Assembly (NCBI GenBank): GCA_964195425.1
Contig: CAXMOM010000013.1
Coordinates: forward strand, 70,069-134,068
Direction of reading: 5' to 3'
From: Acidiferrobacterales bacterium
Lineage (GTDB): Bacteria; Pseudomonadota; Gammaproteobacteria; Enterobacterales; Alteromonadaceae
DNA: 64,000 bases
The translations under genes were made by a program, and so were the position numbers. The notes under the pieces are model-generated. The model was given only the letters and a program-made list of their open reading frames with translations, was not told where the DNA came from and ran no database searches. Shown here one piece after another: positions 48,355 to 58,493 of the stretch; within the stretch, counting starts at the first letter, position 1; the number at the start of each line of letters is the position of its first letter.

Positions 48355-48549
48355 TTTGTGTAAAGTCTTTTGTAATGTTTTAGTTTGATTTATGTATTCG
48401 CTTATAAAAACTATTTTGTAGTAATATTCGTAATTCTATACTCTGTCGTTCTGTATTCGCCTATATGTAATCAAAACAGGCATGCTATTGCAAAGTTGGC
48501 AGGGCTAATTATCGCCATTATTATAAGCATTATTTTTTAAGGAAACCTT

Positions 48550-49101
48550 ATGCAAGCACTAGAACTATTACTTAACAGACGCTCACAGCCGCGGCTTCAA
48601 GTTCCAGCACCACACGGTGAATCCCTAAGTAATATCATTCAAGCTGGTTTGTGTGCACCCGACCATAAATGTTTGGCACCTTGGCGGTTTATTGTTTGTA
48701 CTGACGATGGCTTAAATAAATTAGGCGGTATTTTTGAGCAAGCTGCAGTAAATAAAGGTGCTGGGCCAGAATCTATTGAGCGAGCCCCTCAATTACCAAT
48801 GCGCGCACCTATGGTAATTGTGGCAATTTGTAATTATACCCATGATGAAAAAGTACCTAGAGTAGAGCAAATTGCCTCTACTGCGTGCGCGGTGCAAGCT
48901 ATGCAAATGGCTGCTATTGCGCAGGGCTTTCAAGGTATCTGGCGTACTGGTTGGTATGCGCAAAATAATGATGTTAAAAAGGCTATGAAATGTAAAGAAG
49001 AGGACGAAATTTTGGGATTCTTGTATTTAGGCTCTACACCATTAAATGTGATGCCTCGTAAACCAAGAGATACTGCTGACTTTGTGGAAACTTGGAATTA
49101 A
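48550..49101 (+). CDS. ydjA: NAD(P)H nitroreductase, YdjA family
   Basis: LLNRRS, APDHKCLAPWRF, RAPMVI, GFQGIWRTG, GFLYLG; divergent from sppA as in E. coli. Confidence 0.9.
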   Translation: MQALELLLNRRSQPRLQVPAPHGESLSNIIQAGLCAPDHKCLAPWRFIVCTDDGLNKLGGIFEQAAVNKGAGPESIERAPQLPMRAPMVIVAICNYTHDEKVPRVEQIASTACAVQAMQMAAIAQGFQGIWRTGWYAQNNDVKKAMKCKEEDEILGFLYLGSTPLNVMPRKPRDTADFVETWN

Positions 49102-49214
49102 CGATAAGCAAAATATTTTGCGGTTTTTGACTGATAGTCTTTGTAAGGTTCTAGCTTATCTATTTGAATTTGACCGTCTGTGATTATGTTAATACTGCCT
49201 AAGTTATTTTATGT

Positions 49215-49250
49215 AATGCTGAACAAGCTACGTGTAGTTTGCTCAGCATT
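49215..49250. terminator. Long hairpin between convergent ydjA and the oxidoreductase gene
   Basis: AATGCTGA...GCTA-CGTG-TAGT...TCAGCATT, followed by TTT on the plus strand. Confidence 0.5.
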
Positions 49251-49303
49251 TTCTGAGGACAATACTTTCCCGCTAGCTCAAACTAGCATAGGTTCAAGAA
49301 ACT

Positions 49304-50488
49304 TTAAGCTTCAACCTTAAATACTAAACCTGCATTTTTTTCTAGTCTTTCAATGAGTGCATTTCCTAAGGCTGGTGCACTGGTATAAAAACCACCTGTT
49401 AAACCATCTTGAAGGTGACCCAAGCAGATTGCACTTTCTGTAATCATGCGAGAGGTTGAGCCGTAGCCTGGGTCCAAGTGTCCAGCAACGCTAGTACTAT
49501 AAGTTTCACCATTTTCATGCTGGCCTGTAAATAGCACGTCATAAAAGCCATTCTCACGTTCTTCTTTACTTGGTCCCTCACCGGGCTTAGGACCGTTTTT
49601 GTCACCTAATGATTTATCGTTTGCGACATGGTTTGCAATCGCTTCGCCTTTGTCCCCAGGACCGGTAAGCATCATTTCATCGTACTTAAATGCTTTACCG
49701 TATTCATAGTTCAATAAATAATTTGAGCGGTGAACATTTTTAGTATTAATAGCCGCCATTATAAAAGGGGCTGCCCACGACTGCAGTGATTCGTCAAAGT
49801 AAGGTTTGTCGCCTCGGGGTTGTTGGGTCAATACTTCAGATGTCGCTAATGAATAAGGGTTAATAAGCGCTTGCATTATTCTTTTATCTTGCTTGGCAGC
49901 TACCATTGTTGCTTGTAAACTATATGCAGTGCCACCAGAAAAAGTCCCCTGCATTTTCCTTACACGCCCCTTCACATAGCTAAGGGCGCTGCCTGCTGCT
50001 TGTTTTACATGTTGTTGTAAGTGATAAACACCCAAATCAAATGGTATTGAATCAAAACCACACGAAAATACAATAACGGCACCTGTTTCATTAGCCGTGC
50101 TTTGATACTTCGCAATCATTTGATGCATCCAAGCAGGCTCACCGCATAAATCGACGTACCCGGTGCCTGAATCAACGCAAGCTTTTAACAACTTCTCGCC
50201 GTATATTTGATAAGGACCAACCGTTGTTAATACGACTTTTGTTTGCTTAACTAAAGACTGCATGCTTTCTTCGCTGTCGCTGTCGGCAACGATAAGGTCG
50301 ATGTCTTTACTTATTTGCATTTCGTCACGAACGAGTTCGAGTTTCTCTTGGCTACGGCCAGCCATGGCCCAAGATACTTTCTCACTAGCATTTGCGCCGT
50401 ATGTGTTTTGTAAGTATTCAGCCACTAAGCGGCCGGTAAAGCCAGTGCTACCGAAAACAATTATGTCGTATTGCGGGTGATCGCTCAT
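49304..50488 (-). CDS. Saccharopine dehydrogenase-like NAD(P)-binding oxidoreductase (trans-acting enoyl-reductase family)
   Basis: FGSTGFTG, AGRS, TTVGPYQIYGE, YVDLCGE, CGFDSIPFDLG, DPGYGSTSRM. Confidence 0.85.
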   Translation of the reverse strand: MSDHPQYDIIVFGSTGFTGRLVAEYLQNTYGANASEKVSWAMAGRSQEKLELVRDEMQISKDIDLIVADSDSEESMQSLVKQTKVVLTTVGPYQIYGEKLLKACVDSGTGYVDLCGEPAWMHQMIAKYQSTANETGAVIVFSCGFDSIPFDLGVYHLQQHVKQAAGSALSYVKGRVRKMQGTFSGGTAYSLQATMVAAKQDKRIMQALINPYSLATSEVLTQQPRGDKPYFDESLQSWAAPFIMAAINTKNVHRSNYLLNYEYGKAFKYDEMMLTGPGDKGEAIANHVANDKSLGDKNGPKPGEGPSKEERENGFYDVLFTGQHENGETYSTSVAGHLDPGYGSTSRMITESAICLGHLQDGLTGGFYTSAPALGNALIERLEKNAGLVFKVEA

Positions 50489-50578
50489 AGTATTCTTCCT
50501 TTAAAGTATTGTTAGAATTTACAATTACGTTAAAAGATATACGAAGATGCTATAAAAAAGATAATTATTTTGTTTGAT

Positions 50579-50607
50579 ACATGCCTATCAATAATTGATA
50601 GGCATGT
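50579..50607. promoter_or_regulatory. Perfect 14-bp-arm palindrome (operator candidate)
   Basis: ACATGCCTATCAAT-A-ATTGATAGGCATGT. Confidence 0.45.
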
Positions 50608-50692
50608 TTGGTAGAGGCAAGTTTTAAGTGTTTATTATCTTCGTGCATTTTTACATGAAGCTAATTTATTATGCATAATTTACCTAAACGTT

Positions 50693-52129
50693 TTACGAAA
50701 CAGTCACTACTTTACATACGTTAGTAGCACCAGTAGTTTCCATTTGATCGCCGTAGGTTAGTATGAACTTATCACCTACGTTTAAAATATTGTTCTCTCT
50801 TAGCGCCACTACTACCTCACGCGTTAAATAACCCGGCAGACAATCAGTAGAATCAAAATATACTGGCGTCACACCGCGGAACAACGACATTATATTGAGT
50901 GTGGTGATGTGGCGAGACATTGCAATAATGGGCAATCCCGTGGTAATTCTCGACATAAGCCTAGGTGTTGTTCCACTCTCTGTTAAGCCTACAATTGCTT
51001 TAATGCTTGGCAGATGGTTTGCGGCGTAAACCGCAGACATTGCTACTGTTTCACTTACATCACTAAAGTTTTCGTCAATTCTATGTTTAGAACTTTTAAC
51101 GCTTGAGTGTGTTTCTGCGCCTTCGCATACTCTGGCCATTGCTTCCACAGTCTCTACTGGAAACTTACCCGCTGCTGTTTCAGCCGACAACATTACCGCA
51201 TCGGTTCCGTCCAATACTGCGTTGGCTACGTCCATTACCTCAGCTCGAGTAGGCATTGGACTCTCTATCATCGACTCCATCATTTGTGTGGCGGTAATAA
51301 CGATTTTATTAAGCTGACGAGAGCGTGCAATAAGTTTTTTCTGTACCCCTACTAATTCAGCATCACCAATTTCTACGCCTAAGTCGCCGCGAGCAACCAT
51401 TACTGCGTCTGACGCGCTAATAATGTCGTCTATCGCTTCATCTGTGGCTACAGTTTCTGCGCGTTCAACTTTCGCACATATTTTTGCGTAGCAACCGGCT
51501 GCTTCCGCTAGGCTGCGAGCATAGTCTAGATCTGCGCCAGAGCGTGGAAAGGAAATAGCTAAATAGTCAACTTCCATTATAGCGGCTGTTTTTATATCTT
51601 CTTTGTCTTTCTCTGTCAGTGCTTCAGCAGATAATCCGCCGCCAAGTCTATTAATACCTTTGTTGTTTGATAGCTTGCCTGCAACGGTTACTATGGTGTT
51701 AACTTTTCTACCTTCAACCGAAATAACTTTTAGTTGAATACGGCCATCATCAAGCAGCAGAATATCGTCTTCTTCGACATCATCGGGCAAGGCTTTGTAA
51801 TCTATGCCAACGGCGCTCTGGGTGCCATCAAGTTTGCCTAATTCTGCGTCTAGGACAAATTCTTGGCCCATTGTTAATATGACCGAATCATTTACAAAGC
51901 GCGACACACGGATTTTAGGGCCTTGTAAATCACCTAAAATGCCCACATAAACGCCCAATTTTTTTGCTACCTCACGTACCCGTTGAGCTCGCTCGATATG
52001 ATCTTGTGCGCTGCCGTGTGAGAAATTCATTCGCACTACATTAGTACCAGCTTTAACAATGGCTTCAATCATTTCGGTGGTGTCGGTTGCCGGCCCAAGA
52101 GTCGCCAAAATTTTAGTTCTTCGAGACAT
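50693..52129 (-). CDS. pykA: Pyruvate kinase II
   Basis: [45 protein letters not shown]; zwf-hexR-pykA synteny. Confidence 0.97.
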   Translation of the reverse strand: MSRRTKILATLGPATDTTEMIEAIVKAGTNVVRMNFSHGSAQDHIERAQRVREVAKKLGVYVGILGDLQGPKIRVSRFVNDSVILTMGQEFVLDAELGKLDGTQSAVGIDYKALPDDVEEDDILLLDDGRIQLKVISVEGRKVNTIVTVAGKLSNNKGINRLGGGLSAEALTEKDKEDIKTAAIMEVDYLAISFPRSGADLDYARSLAEAAGCYAKICAKVERAETVATDEAIDDIISASDAVMVARGDLGVEIGDAELVGVQKKLIARSRQLNKIVITATQMMESMIESPMPTRAEVMDVANAVLDGTDAVMLSAETAAGKFPVETVEAMARVCEGAETHSSVKSSKHRIDENFSDVSETVAMSAVYAANHLPSIKAIVGLTESGTTPRLMSRITTGLPIIAMSRHITTLNIMSLFRGVTPVYFDSTDCLPGYLTREVVVALRENNILNVGDKFILTYGDQMETTGATNVCKVVTVS

Positions 52130-52240
52130 TACTTTTACTCTCTATTGGTTTTTTTTTAATGATGTTGCACATAAATAAATATTGATGATTAGTCGTATTG
52201 TGTAAATACAATCTTGGCGTTAGCTCTTCAAGTTAACTCT

Positions 52241-53095
52241 TTAAGCGTTATCTTTTCCATATCGAGAACCTCTCAACGTGTCTTTGACCCGTTTCAAATT
52301 TTCTCTAAACTTGTTGCCTCTGCGCAAAGTAAAGCCGGTTGCGAGCACGTCAATTAAGGTTAACTGAGCGATGCGTGAAGCCATTGGCATATATAAATCG
52401 GTATCTTCGGGCACTTCTAAAGACAGCACATAGTTACATTCTTTGGCTAAAGGGGTATCTGCACTCGTAATGCCGATGACTGTAGCGTCGTTTGCACGTG
52501 CTATTTGTGCTACATCCACTAAACTTTTCGTTCGCCCTGTGTGAGATATGAAAATGACTACGTCGCCTTCACTGCTGTTCATACAACTCATTCGCTGCAT
52601 TAAAATATCTTCAAAATAAATAACAGGGACATTAAACCGGAAAAACTTGTTAACGGCATCATGGGCAACAGAAGAAGACGCGCCTAGTCCAAAAAAGGAT
52701 ATTTTTTTAGCTTGCGTAAGTAAGTCTACCACTCGGTTTATCATGGCAATATCTATTGATTGACGCGCCACTTCAAGCGAGGCCATTGTAGATTCAAAAA
52801 TTTTGTTAGTGTATTCAGTTGGGCCATCAAACTCATCGACGTGTCTGTTTACGTAAGGTGTGCCGTTGGCTAAACTTTGCGCTAAGTGTAGTTTGAAATC
52901 TGGGTAGCCTTTGGTGTCTAGTCGTCTACAAAAGCGATTCACCGTAGGTTCACTTACATTTGATAGCTTAGCCAGAGTAGCGATACTAGAATGAATGGCT
53001 GACTGCGGATTAGCCAGAATAACTTCTGCTACCTTTTTCTCGGACTTACTAAACTCAGACATGTCCCGCGATATTTTTTCTAGTACGTTCATCAT
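52241..53095 (-). CDS. hexR: RpiR-family regulator HexR
   Basis: HTH (VSEPTVNRFCR) plus SIS domain (FFGLGAS, ISHTGRT); divergent from zwf. Confidence 0.95.
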   Translation of the reverse strand: MMNVLEKISRDMSEFSKSEKKVAEVILANPQSAIHSSIATLAKLSNVSEPTVNRFCRRLDTKGYPDFKLHLAQSLANGTPYVNRHVDEFDGPTEYTNKIFESTMASLEVARQSIDIAMINRVVDLLTQAKKISFFGLGASSSVAHDAVNKFFRFNVPVIYFEDILMQRMSCMNSSEGDVVIFISHTGRTKSLVDVAQIARANDATVIGITSADTPLAKECNYVLSLEVPEDTDLYMPMASRIAQLTLIDVLATGFTLRRGNKFRENLKRVKDTLRGSRYGKDNA

Positions 53096-53375
53096 TTTGC
53101 ATCAGGTATTAAGTGAATAATGTTAGGTATGATAGAGCTAATTTCTAGTTTTGTCATATTTGTTGTAACTTTTTGACCAAAAAACTGAAAGTTTACTTAA
53201 CCGTTTATCTTTTTAAGGTTGGTTTTTGTCCTTAATGAGGTGTCTGTTATCATTTATTGTTTTCACTTAAAGTATTGATATTATAGGTTATAACGTTCAT
53301 TTTTTGATACTGATTTATATGATACTCGACACCTTTTGATGAAATGGTCATAATTGTTAAATATGTAAAATTATT

Positions 53376-53390
53376 TGTAATTTTACTACA
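53376..53390. promoter_or_regulatory. HexR operator upstream of zwf
   Basis: TGTAATTTTACTACA fits the TGTAAT-N3-ATTACA type palindrome. Confidence 0.75.
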
Positions 53391-53474
53391 TTTGTAGTCT
53401 ACTATAACCAATATCACTGTAAATTAATGCATTGTGAATTTTTTACACAGTGCGTACATTATTTGAGGCCAATA

Positions 53475-54971
53475 ATGGTTTTAGAAAAAAAATATGACCC
53501 GACAGACTTTGTCTTGTTCGGTACCCTAGGCGACTTGGCTAGGCGCAAACTACTTCCTTCGTTATATCAGCTTGATAAAGCTAACTTATTACACGAAAGC
53601 TCAAAAATTATTGGTGTAGCAAGACAAGATATTAGCGTTAGTGAATATGTTGAAAAAGTCCGCGAAAATTTCATTAAGTTCTTAGGCGAAGAAATCTGCG
53701 AAGACACATGGAAGCGTTTTGTAGAAAGGCTTGATTTTGTTACCGTTAATTTAACCGATACTTCAGACTACAAAAATCTCTGTGAACATGTCGATTCTAA
53801 AAGAGTAATGGTCTGTTATTTTGCAACATCGCCGTCCTTATTTGGCGATATATGCACAGGCATGGATTTGGCAGGTATTATAGACGACAGTGTACGAGTG
53901 GTGCTTGAAAAACCCATTGGACACGATTTTAAATCGTCAGAAGTGATTAATAATCAAGTGGCTGAGTTTTTCACAGAACGACAAATTTATCGTATAGACC
54001 ATTATTTAGGTAAAGAAACGGTTCTTAATCTAATAGCGCTGCGATTCGCAAACTCTATTTTTGCCACAAACTGGGACCATAACTGTATTGATCACGTGCA
54101 AATTAGCGTGTCAGAGTCAGTGGGAATTGAAGGTCGTTGGGGATATTTTGACGGTGCTGGCCAAATGCGCGATATGGTGCAAAACCACTTACTTCAAATT
54201 CTTTCGCTGGTTGCTATGGAGCCGCCTACTACTTTGGATGCCGACAGCATTCGCGATGAAAAACTCAAGGTTTTAAAAGCACTGCGCACTATAGATGCAA
54301 GTAACGTCAGTCAAAAAACGGTTCGCGGCCAATATAGTACAGGCTTTGTTGAAGGGCAAGAAGTGCCCGGTTATTTAGAAGAGCCCGACGCAAATGAAAA
54401 AAGCACCACTGAAACTTTCGTCGCGATAAAAGCTGAAATAGATAACTGGCGCTGGGCAGGCGTTCCTTTCTACTTACGTACTGGAAAGCGATTACCCGCT
54501 AAAACCAGTGAGATAGTCATTTATTTTAAACGTCAGCCACACAATTTATTTAGTGATAGTTTTGCGAATCTGCCTGCAAACAAGTTGGTTATAAGACTCC
54601 AACCCGAAGAAGGCGTTGAAGTAACAGTGATGAATAAAGTGCCAGGACTGACTAGTACTGGGTCAATGGATTTGCAGAAAAGTAAACTTGATTTGAGTTT
54701 CTCTGACGAGTTTGGTGAACACCGAATTGCAGATGCATATGAAAAGCTACTACTTGAAGTAATGATAGGAAACCAAGCCTTATTCGTGAGGCGTGATGAA
54801 GTTGAACAAGCATGGAGTTGGGTCGATTCTATTATGTCTGCTTGGAATAGTAGCAACGAACAGCCAGAGCCTTATCAAGCGGGTACATGGGGACCTGTTT
54901 CCTCTATAGGTCTGCTAGCACGTGAAGAGCGTAGCTGGTATGAAACTAAAATAAAGAAAAAGAAGAAGTAG
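53475..54971 (+). CDS. zwf: Glucose-6-phosphate 1-dehydrogenase
   Basis: FGTLGDLARRK, EKPIG, RIDHYLGKE, RDMVQNH, YLRTGK. Start set to ATG 53475 after a GAGG SD. Confidence 0.98.
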   Translation: MVLEKKYDPTDFVLFGTLGDLARRKLLPSLYQLDKANLLHESSKIIGVARQDISVSEYVEKVRENFIKFLGEEICEDTWKRFVERLDFVTVNLTDTSDYKNLCEHVDSKRVMVCYFATSPSLFGDICTGMDLAGIIDDSVRVVLEKPIGHDFKSSEVINNQVAEFFTERQIYRIDHYLGKETVLNLIALRFANSIFATNWDHNCIDHVQISVSESVGIEGRWGYFDGAGQMRDMVQNHLLQILSLVAMEPPTTLDADSIRDEKLKVLKALRTIDASNVSQKTVRGQYSTGFVEGQEVPGYLEEPDANEKSTTETFVAIKAEIDNWRWAGVPFYLRTGKRLPAKTSEIVIYFKRQPHNLFSDSFANLPANKLVIRLQPEEGVEVTVMNKVPGLTSTGSMDLQKSKLDLSFSDEFGEHRIADAYEKLLLEVMIGNQALFVRRDEVEQAWSWVDSIMSAWNSSNEQPEPYQAGTWGPVSSIGLLAREERSWYETKIKKKKK

Positions 54972-54979
54972 GCTTATTT

Positions 54980-55672
54980 ATGGCGTTAGTTTTACATCGA
55001 TTCACTACACCGGATGCGTTAAATAAGGCATTTGCAAAGCAAATAATTAACTCACTCAGAAAGGCTATTGCAGCAAAAGGGCAAGCTTCACTGGTAGTAA
55101 GCGGAGGGTCAACACCTAAGCCACTATTTGTGGCTTTGTCTGAAACAGCTTTTGAATGGGATAAAGTTGTCGTAACTTTAGCCGACGAAAGATGGGTAGA
55201 TGCAAACCACGCAGACAGTAATGAAAAATTGGTGCGCGAAAATTTGTTGCAAAACAAAGCATCGGCAGCGACTTTCGTTAGTTTAACGACCCGTCAAGCG
55301 AATGCAGAAGATGCCGAGTCTGAAATAAGTCAACGTATTGATAATATGGATGAAAACTTCGATGTTGTTATTTTGGGTATGGGTGAAGACGGTCACACCG
55401 CATCACTTTTTCCATGCAGTAGCCAATTAAGTGAAGGTCTTAACTTAAGCCGTGAGTTAAGTGTCATCGCTACGCAGCCGACTTCCGCGCCGCATCAGCG
55501 TATGTCAATGTCGCTGGCTAAAATCATCAGTGCAAAAAAAGTGTTTTTACACTTAACAGGCCCTAAGAAAAAAGCGGTATTAGAAGACGCCTTAGCAAAC
55601 TTTACCGAATTAGAAAAGCCCATCAAAGCAGTGTGCAACCGCGCTACTGTGAATTTGATGTGGGCACCGTAA
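54980..55672 (+). CDS. pgl: 6-phosphogluconolactonase
   Basis: SGGSTP, DERWV, LGMGEDGHTASLFP, QRMSMS. Confidence 0.96.
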   Translation: MALVLHRFTTPDALNKAFAKQIINSLRKAIAAKGQASLVVSGGSTPKPLFVALSETAFEWDKVVVTLADERWVDANHADSNEKLVRENLLQNKASAATFVSLTTRQANAEDAESEISQRIDNMDENFDVVILGMGEDGHTASLFPCSSQLSEGLNLSRELSVIATQPTSAPHQRMSMSLAKIISAKKVFLHLTGPKKKAVLEDALANFTELEKPIKAVCNRATVNLMWAP

Positions 55673-55681
55673 GGATTTCAT

Positions 55682-57523
55682 ATGAATACTATTATACAAG
55701 AAGTAACGGACCGGATTATTGCTCGCAGTAAAGTCTCCAGAGCCGCCTATTTGGCAAAAATTGAACGAGCACGTAAGCAAGGGCCGCTTCGAGGTGAGCT
55801 TTCTTGTGGCAACCTTGCACATGGTTTTGCAGCGTGTGGTAAAGAAGATAAAGCCGATCTGCGCAGCATGGTCAAAGCTAACATTGCCATTGTATCGTCA
55901 TACAACGATATGCTTAGTGCCCACCAACCCTATGAAGACTATCCGCAAAAGTTAAAGAAAGCTATTTCAGAAGTTGGCAGTGTGGCGCAATTTGCCGGCG
56001 GCGTCCCCGCTATGTGCGATGGGGTGACTCAGGGCAATCCAGGCATGGAATTAAGCTTAATGAGCCGCGATAACATCGCAATGGGAGCAGCCATTGGTTT
56101 GTCACACAATATGTTTGATGGCGCGTTAATGCTGGGTATTTGCGATAAAATTGTACCTGGCTTGTTATTAGCGGGCTTGAGTTTTGGCCATTTACCGACC
56201 ATTTTTGTGCCCGCTGGCCCAATGCCATCTGGTTTGCCGAATAAAGAAAAAGCACGTATTAGACAAGAGTTTGCCCAAGGTAAAGTAGGCCGCGAGGAGC
56301 TTCTCGACGCTGAATCTCAGTCATACCATTCCGCTGGCACCTGTACCTTTTATGGCACAGCAAATAGTAATCAATTAGTGGTTGAAGTCATGGGGCTTCA
56401 TTTGCCGGGCTCTTCATTTGTGAATCCGGGTACTGAATTAAGAGAAGCATTAACCAATGCTGCCGCAAGACAAGTTACGCGATTAACCGATTTGGGTGAC
56501 AACTACATGCCCATTGGTCATATAGTAGACGCAAAGTCGATGGTTAACGGTATTGTTGGCTTATTGGCCACTGGAGGCTCTACAAACCACACTATGCATT
56601 TAGTCGCTGTAGCGCGAGCCGCTGGCCTTATTGTAAATTGGGACGATTTTGCTGATTTATCAAAGGCAACACCTTTAATTACTCGCATATATCCAAACGG
56701 CTCAGCTGATATAAATCACTTCACTGCAGCAGGCGGTATGTCGTTATTGTTTAAGCAATTACTAGATAAAGGCTTGTTGCACAACGATGTAAACACAATA
56801 TGTGGTTTTGGCCTTGAGCGATATACACAAGAGCCGCGCATGATAGATGGCGAGCTTATGTGGGTCGATGGTGTTGCTGAGTCCTTCGACAAAGAAGTCG
56901 TTGCCGATATTAACAAGCCGTTTCAACCAGATGGCGGTTTGTCAGTGCTGTCGGGTAATTTAGGCCGTGCGGTAATGAAAACATCAGCACTACGTGAACC
57001 ACACTGCAAAATGAAAGCACCAGCCATTGTATTTGAAGACCAATATGCTTTAGACGCTGCATTCCAATCGGGAGATCTTGATAAAGACTGTATTGTTGTT
57101 GTTCGTTTTCAAGGTCCCGCCGCGCTTGGTATGCCTGAATTGCATAGATTAACGCCTCCTCTAGGTGTACTGCAAGACAGAGGATTCAAAGTAGCGTTGG
57201 TGACTGATGGTAGAATGTCGGGAGCGTCTGGTAAGGTTCCAGCGGCTATTCATTTAACGCCAGAAGCATTTAAAGGCGGTCTTATTGGTAAGGTAAATAC
57301 CGGCGACATCATAGAAATTGACACGCTCACCGGTGAGCTTACGCTGCATGTTAGCGACGCTGACTTAGCTGCACGTGCACAAGCGACTATAGATTTAACG
57401 CTAAGCCACCAAGGCATGGGCCGAGAATTCTTTGCGGGAATGCGTTCAACGCTAACCGGCGCAGAAGAAGGCGCTTGTTCTTTGTTTGTTGAGCAAGACC
57501 GTCTCGATTCAGGGTCACTCTAA
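55682..57523 (+). CDS. edd: Phosphogluconate dehydratase
   Basis: [44 protein letters not shown]. Confidence 0.98.
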   Translation: MNTIIQEVTDRIIARSKVSRAAYLAKIERARKQGPLRGELSCGNLAHGFAACGKEDKADLRSMVKANIAIVSSYNDMLSAHQPYEDYPQKLKKAISEVGSVAQFAGGVPAMCDGVTQGNPGMELSLMSRDNIAMGAAIGLSHNMFDGALMLGICDKIVPGLLLAGLSFGHLPTIFVPAGPMPSGLPNKEKARIRQEFAQGKVGREELLDAESQSYHSAGTCTFYGTANSNQLVVEVMGLHLPGSSFVNPGTELREALTNAAARQVTRLTDLGDNYMPIGHIVDAKSMVNGIVGLLATGGSTNHTMHLVAVARAAGLIVNWDDFADLSKATPLITRIYPNGSADINHFTAAGGMSLLFKQLLDKGLLHNDVNTICGFGLERYTQEPRMIDGELMWVDGVAESFDKEVVADINKPFQPDGGLSVLSGNLGRAVMKTSALREPHCKMKAPAIVFEDQYALDAAFQSGDLDKDCIVVVRFQGPAALGMPELHRLTPPLGVLQDRGFKVALVTDGRMSGASGKVPAAIHLTPEAFKGGLIGKVNTGDIIEIDTLTGELTLHVSDADLAARAQATIDLTLSHQGMGREFFAGMRSTLTGAEEGACSLFVEQDRLDSGSL

Positions 57524-57524
57524 A

Positions 57525-58493
57525 GTGTCTCAACGTTTTGTCGCCGATGTGGGCGGCACTAATATAAGATTAGCGCTATTAGAAAATGGCAGAATAGCTA
57601 AAATAGAAAAGTACCTGTGCGTCGATTTTGAAACCATCGGCGATGCTATTTTGCATTTTCAAAGAAATAATATAGACGCTCATTTTAGCTCCGGTTGCAT
57701 CGCTATTGCTTGTCCGGTCAATAACGACATGGTGAAAATGACAAACCATTCGTGGGTGTTTTCAAAAACCGCCCTCAAAGCACAGTTAGACCTCGATAAC
57801 TTATATGTAATCAACGATTTTACTGCCGTAGCGCATTCACTTCCCACCTTGAATCACAACCAAGTGATACAAGTTGGCGGTGGTAGCGCTAAAGAGCATG
57901 GCAACATTGCAGTATTTGGTCCGGGAACGGGTTTGGGCGTAGAGCACTTAACGTGGACAACTAGCGGTTGGAAAACACTTGATGGTGAGGGCGGTCACAT
58001 CGATTTTGCACCTACTGACGACACCGACATAATTATTTGGCAATATTTGCAACAAAAATTCGGCCGCGCGTCTGCCGAAGAAGTATTATCTGGTCGTGGT
58101 ATTGTCAATATTTATACGGCCCTTTGTTTGCATCATGGTCAAAAAATTGCCCTTAAAGACCCGTCGCAAGTTACCGCCGCAGGTTTAGATAATTGCGACG
58201 ATATGGCGGCCTTAGCTATAAAACAATTTTGCCGTGTAATGGGCAGTTTTGCCGGTAATTTAGCGTTAAACCTTTGCACTACCGGCGGTATATTCATCGG
58301 CGGTGGAGTGACTAGTCACTTAGGTGATTACTTCTTAAAAAGTGAGTTTAGGGAGAGATTTGAGGCGAAAGGGGAGTTTGGTCAATATGTCCAAGAAATC
58401 CCGACTTATTTAATAAAAGAACCAGACCATGGCTTGTTAGGAGCTTTGGCTTATCTTACACAACACACTCAGAGAACGAATGATGATGAATAA
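57525..58493 (+). CDS. glk: Glucokinase
   Basis: ADVGGTNIR, INDFTA, GPGTGLG, GEGGH. Start set to GTG 57525. Confidence 0.95.
   Translation: MSQRFVADVGGTNIRLALLENGRIAKIEKYLCVDFETIGDAILHFQRNNIDAHFSSGCIAIACPVNNDMVKMTNHSWVFSKTALKAQLDLDNLYVINDFTAVAHSLPTLNHNQVIQVGGGSAKEHGNIAVFGPGTGLGVEHLTWTTSGWKTLDGEGGHIDFAPTDDTDIIIWQYLQQKFGRASAEEVLSGRGIVNIYTALCLHHGQKIALKDPSQVTAAGLDNCDDMAALAIKQFCRVMGSFAGNLALNLCTTGGIFIGGGVTSHLGDYFLKSEFRERFEAKGEFGQYVQEIPTYLIKEPDHGLLGALAYLTQHTQRTNDDE

Noticed and set aside
48128-48388. 86-aa plus-strand ORF in the sppA-ydjA gap
   Set aside because: Antisense to the more plausible minus-strand ORF; no SD; starts inside the tandem repeat.
49170-49200. dif-like TTATGTTAA half-site (also near 38888)
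   Set aside because: The XerC arm and spacing of a dif site are absent. No full matS (GTGACRNYGTCAC) was seen either; the closest, near 45515-45528, is only a half match.
53427-53474. Cys/His-rich N-terminal extension of Zwf (MHCEFFTQCVHYLRPI), and similar tracked extensions on prfA, clpA, trxB, glk and IDH copy A
   Set aside because: A downstream start matches homolog N-termini in each case, and most have a clear SD; the extensions are longest-ORF artefacts.
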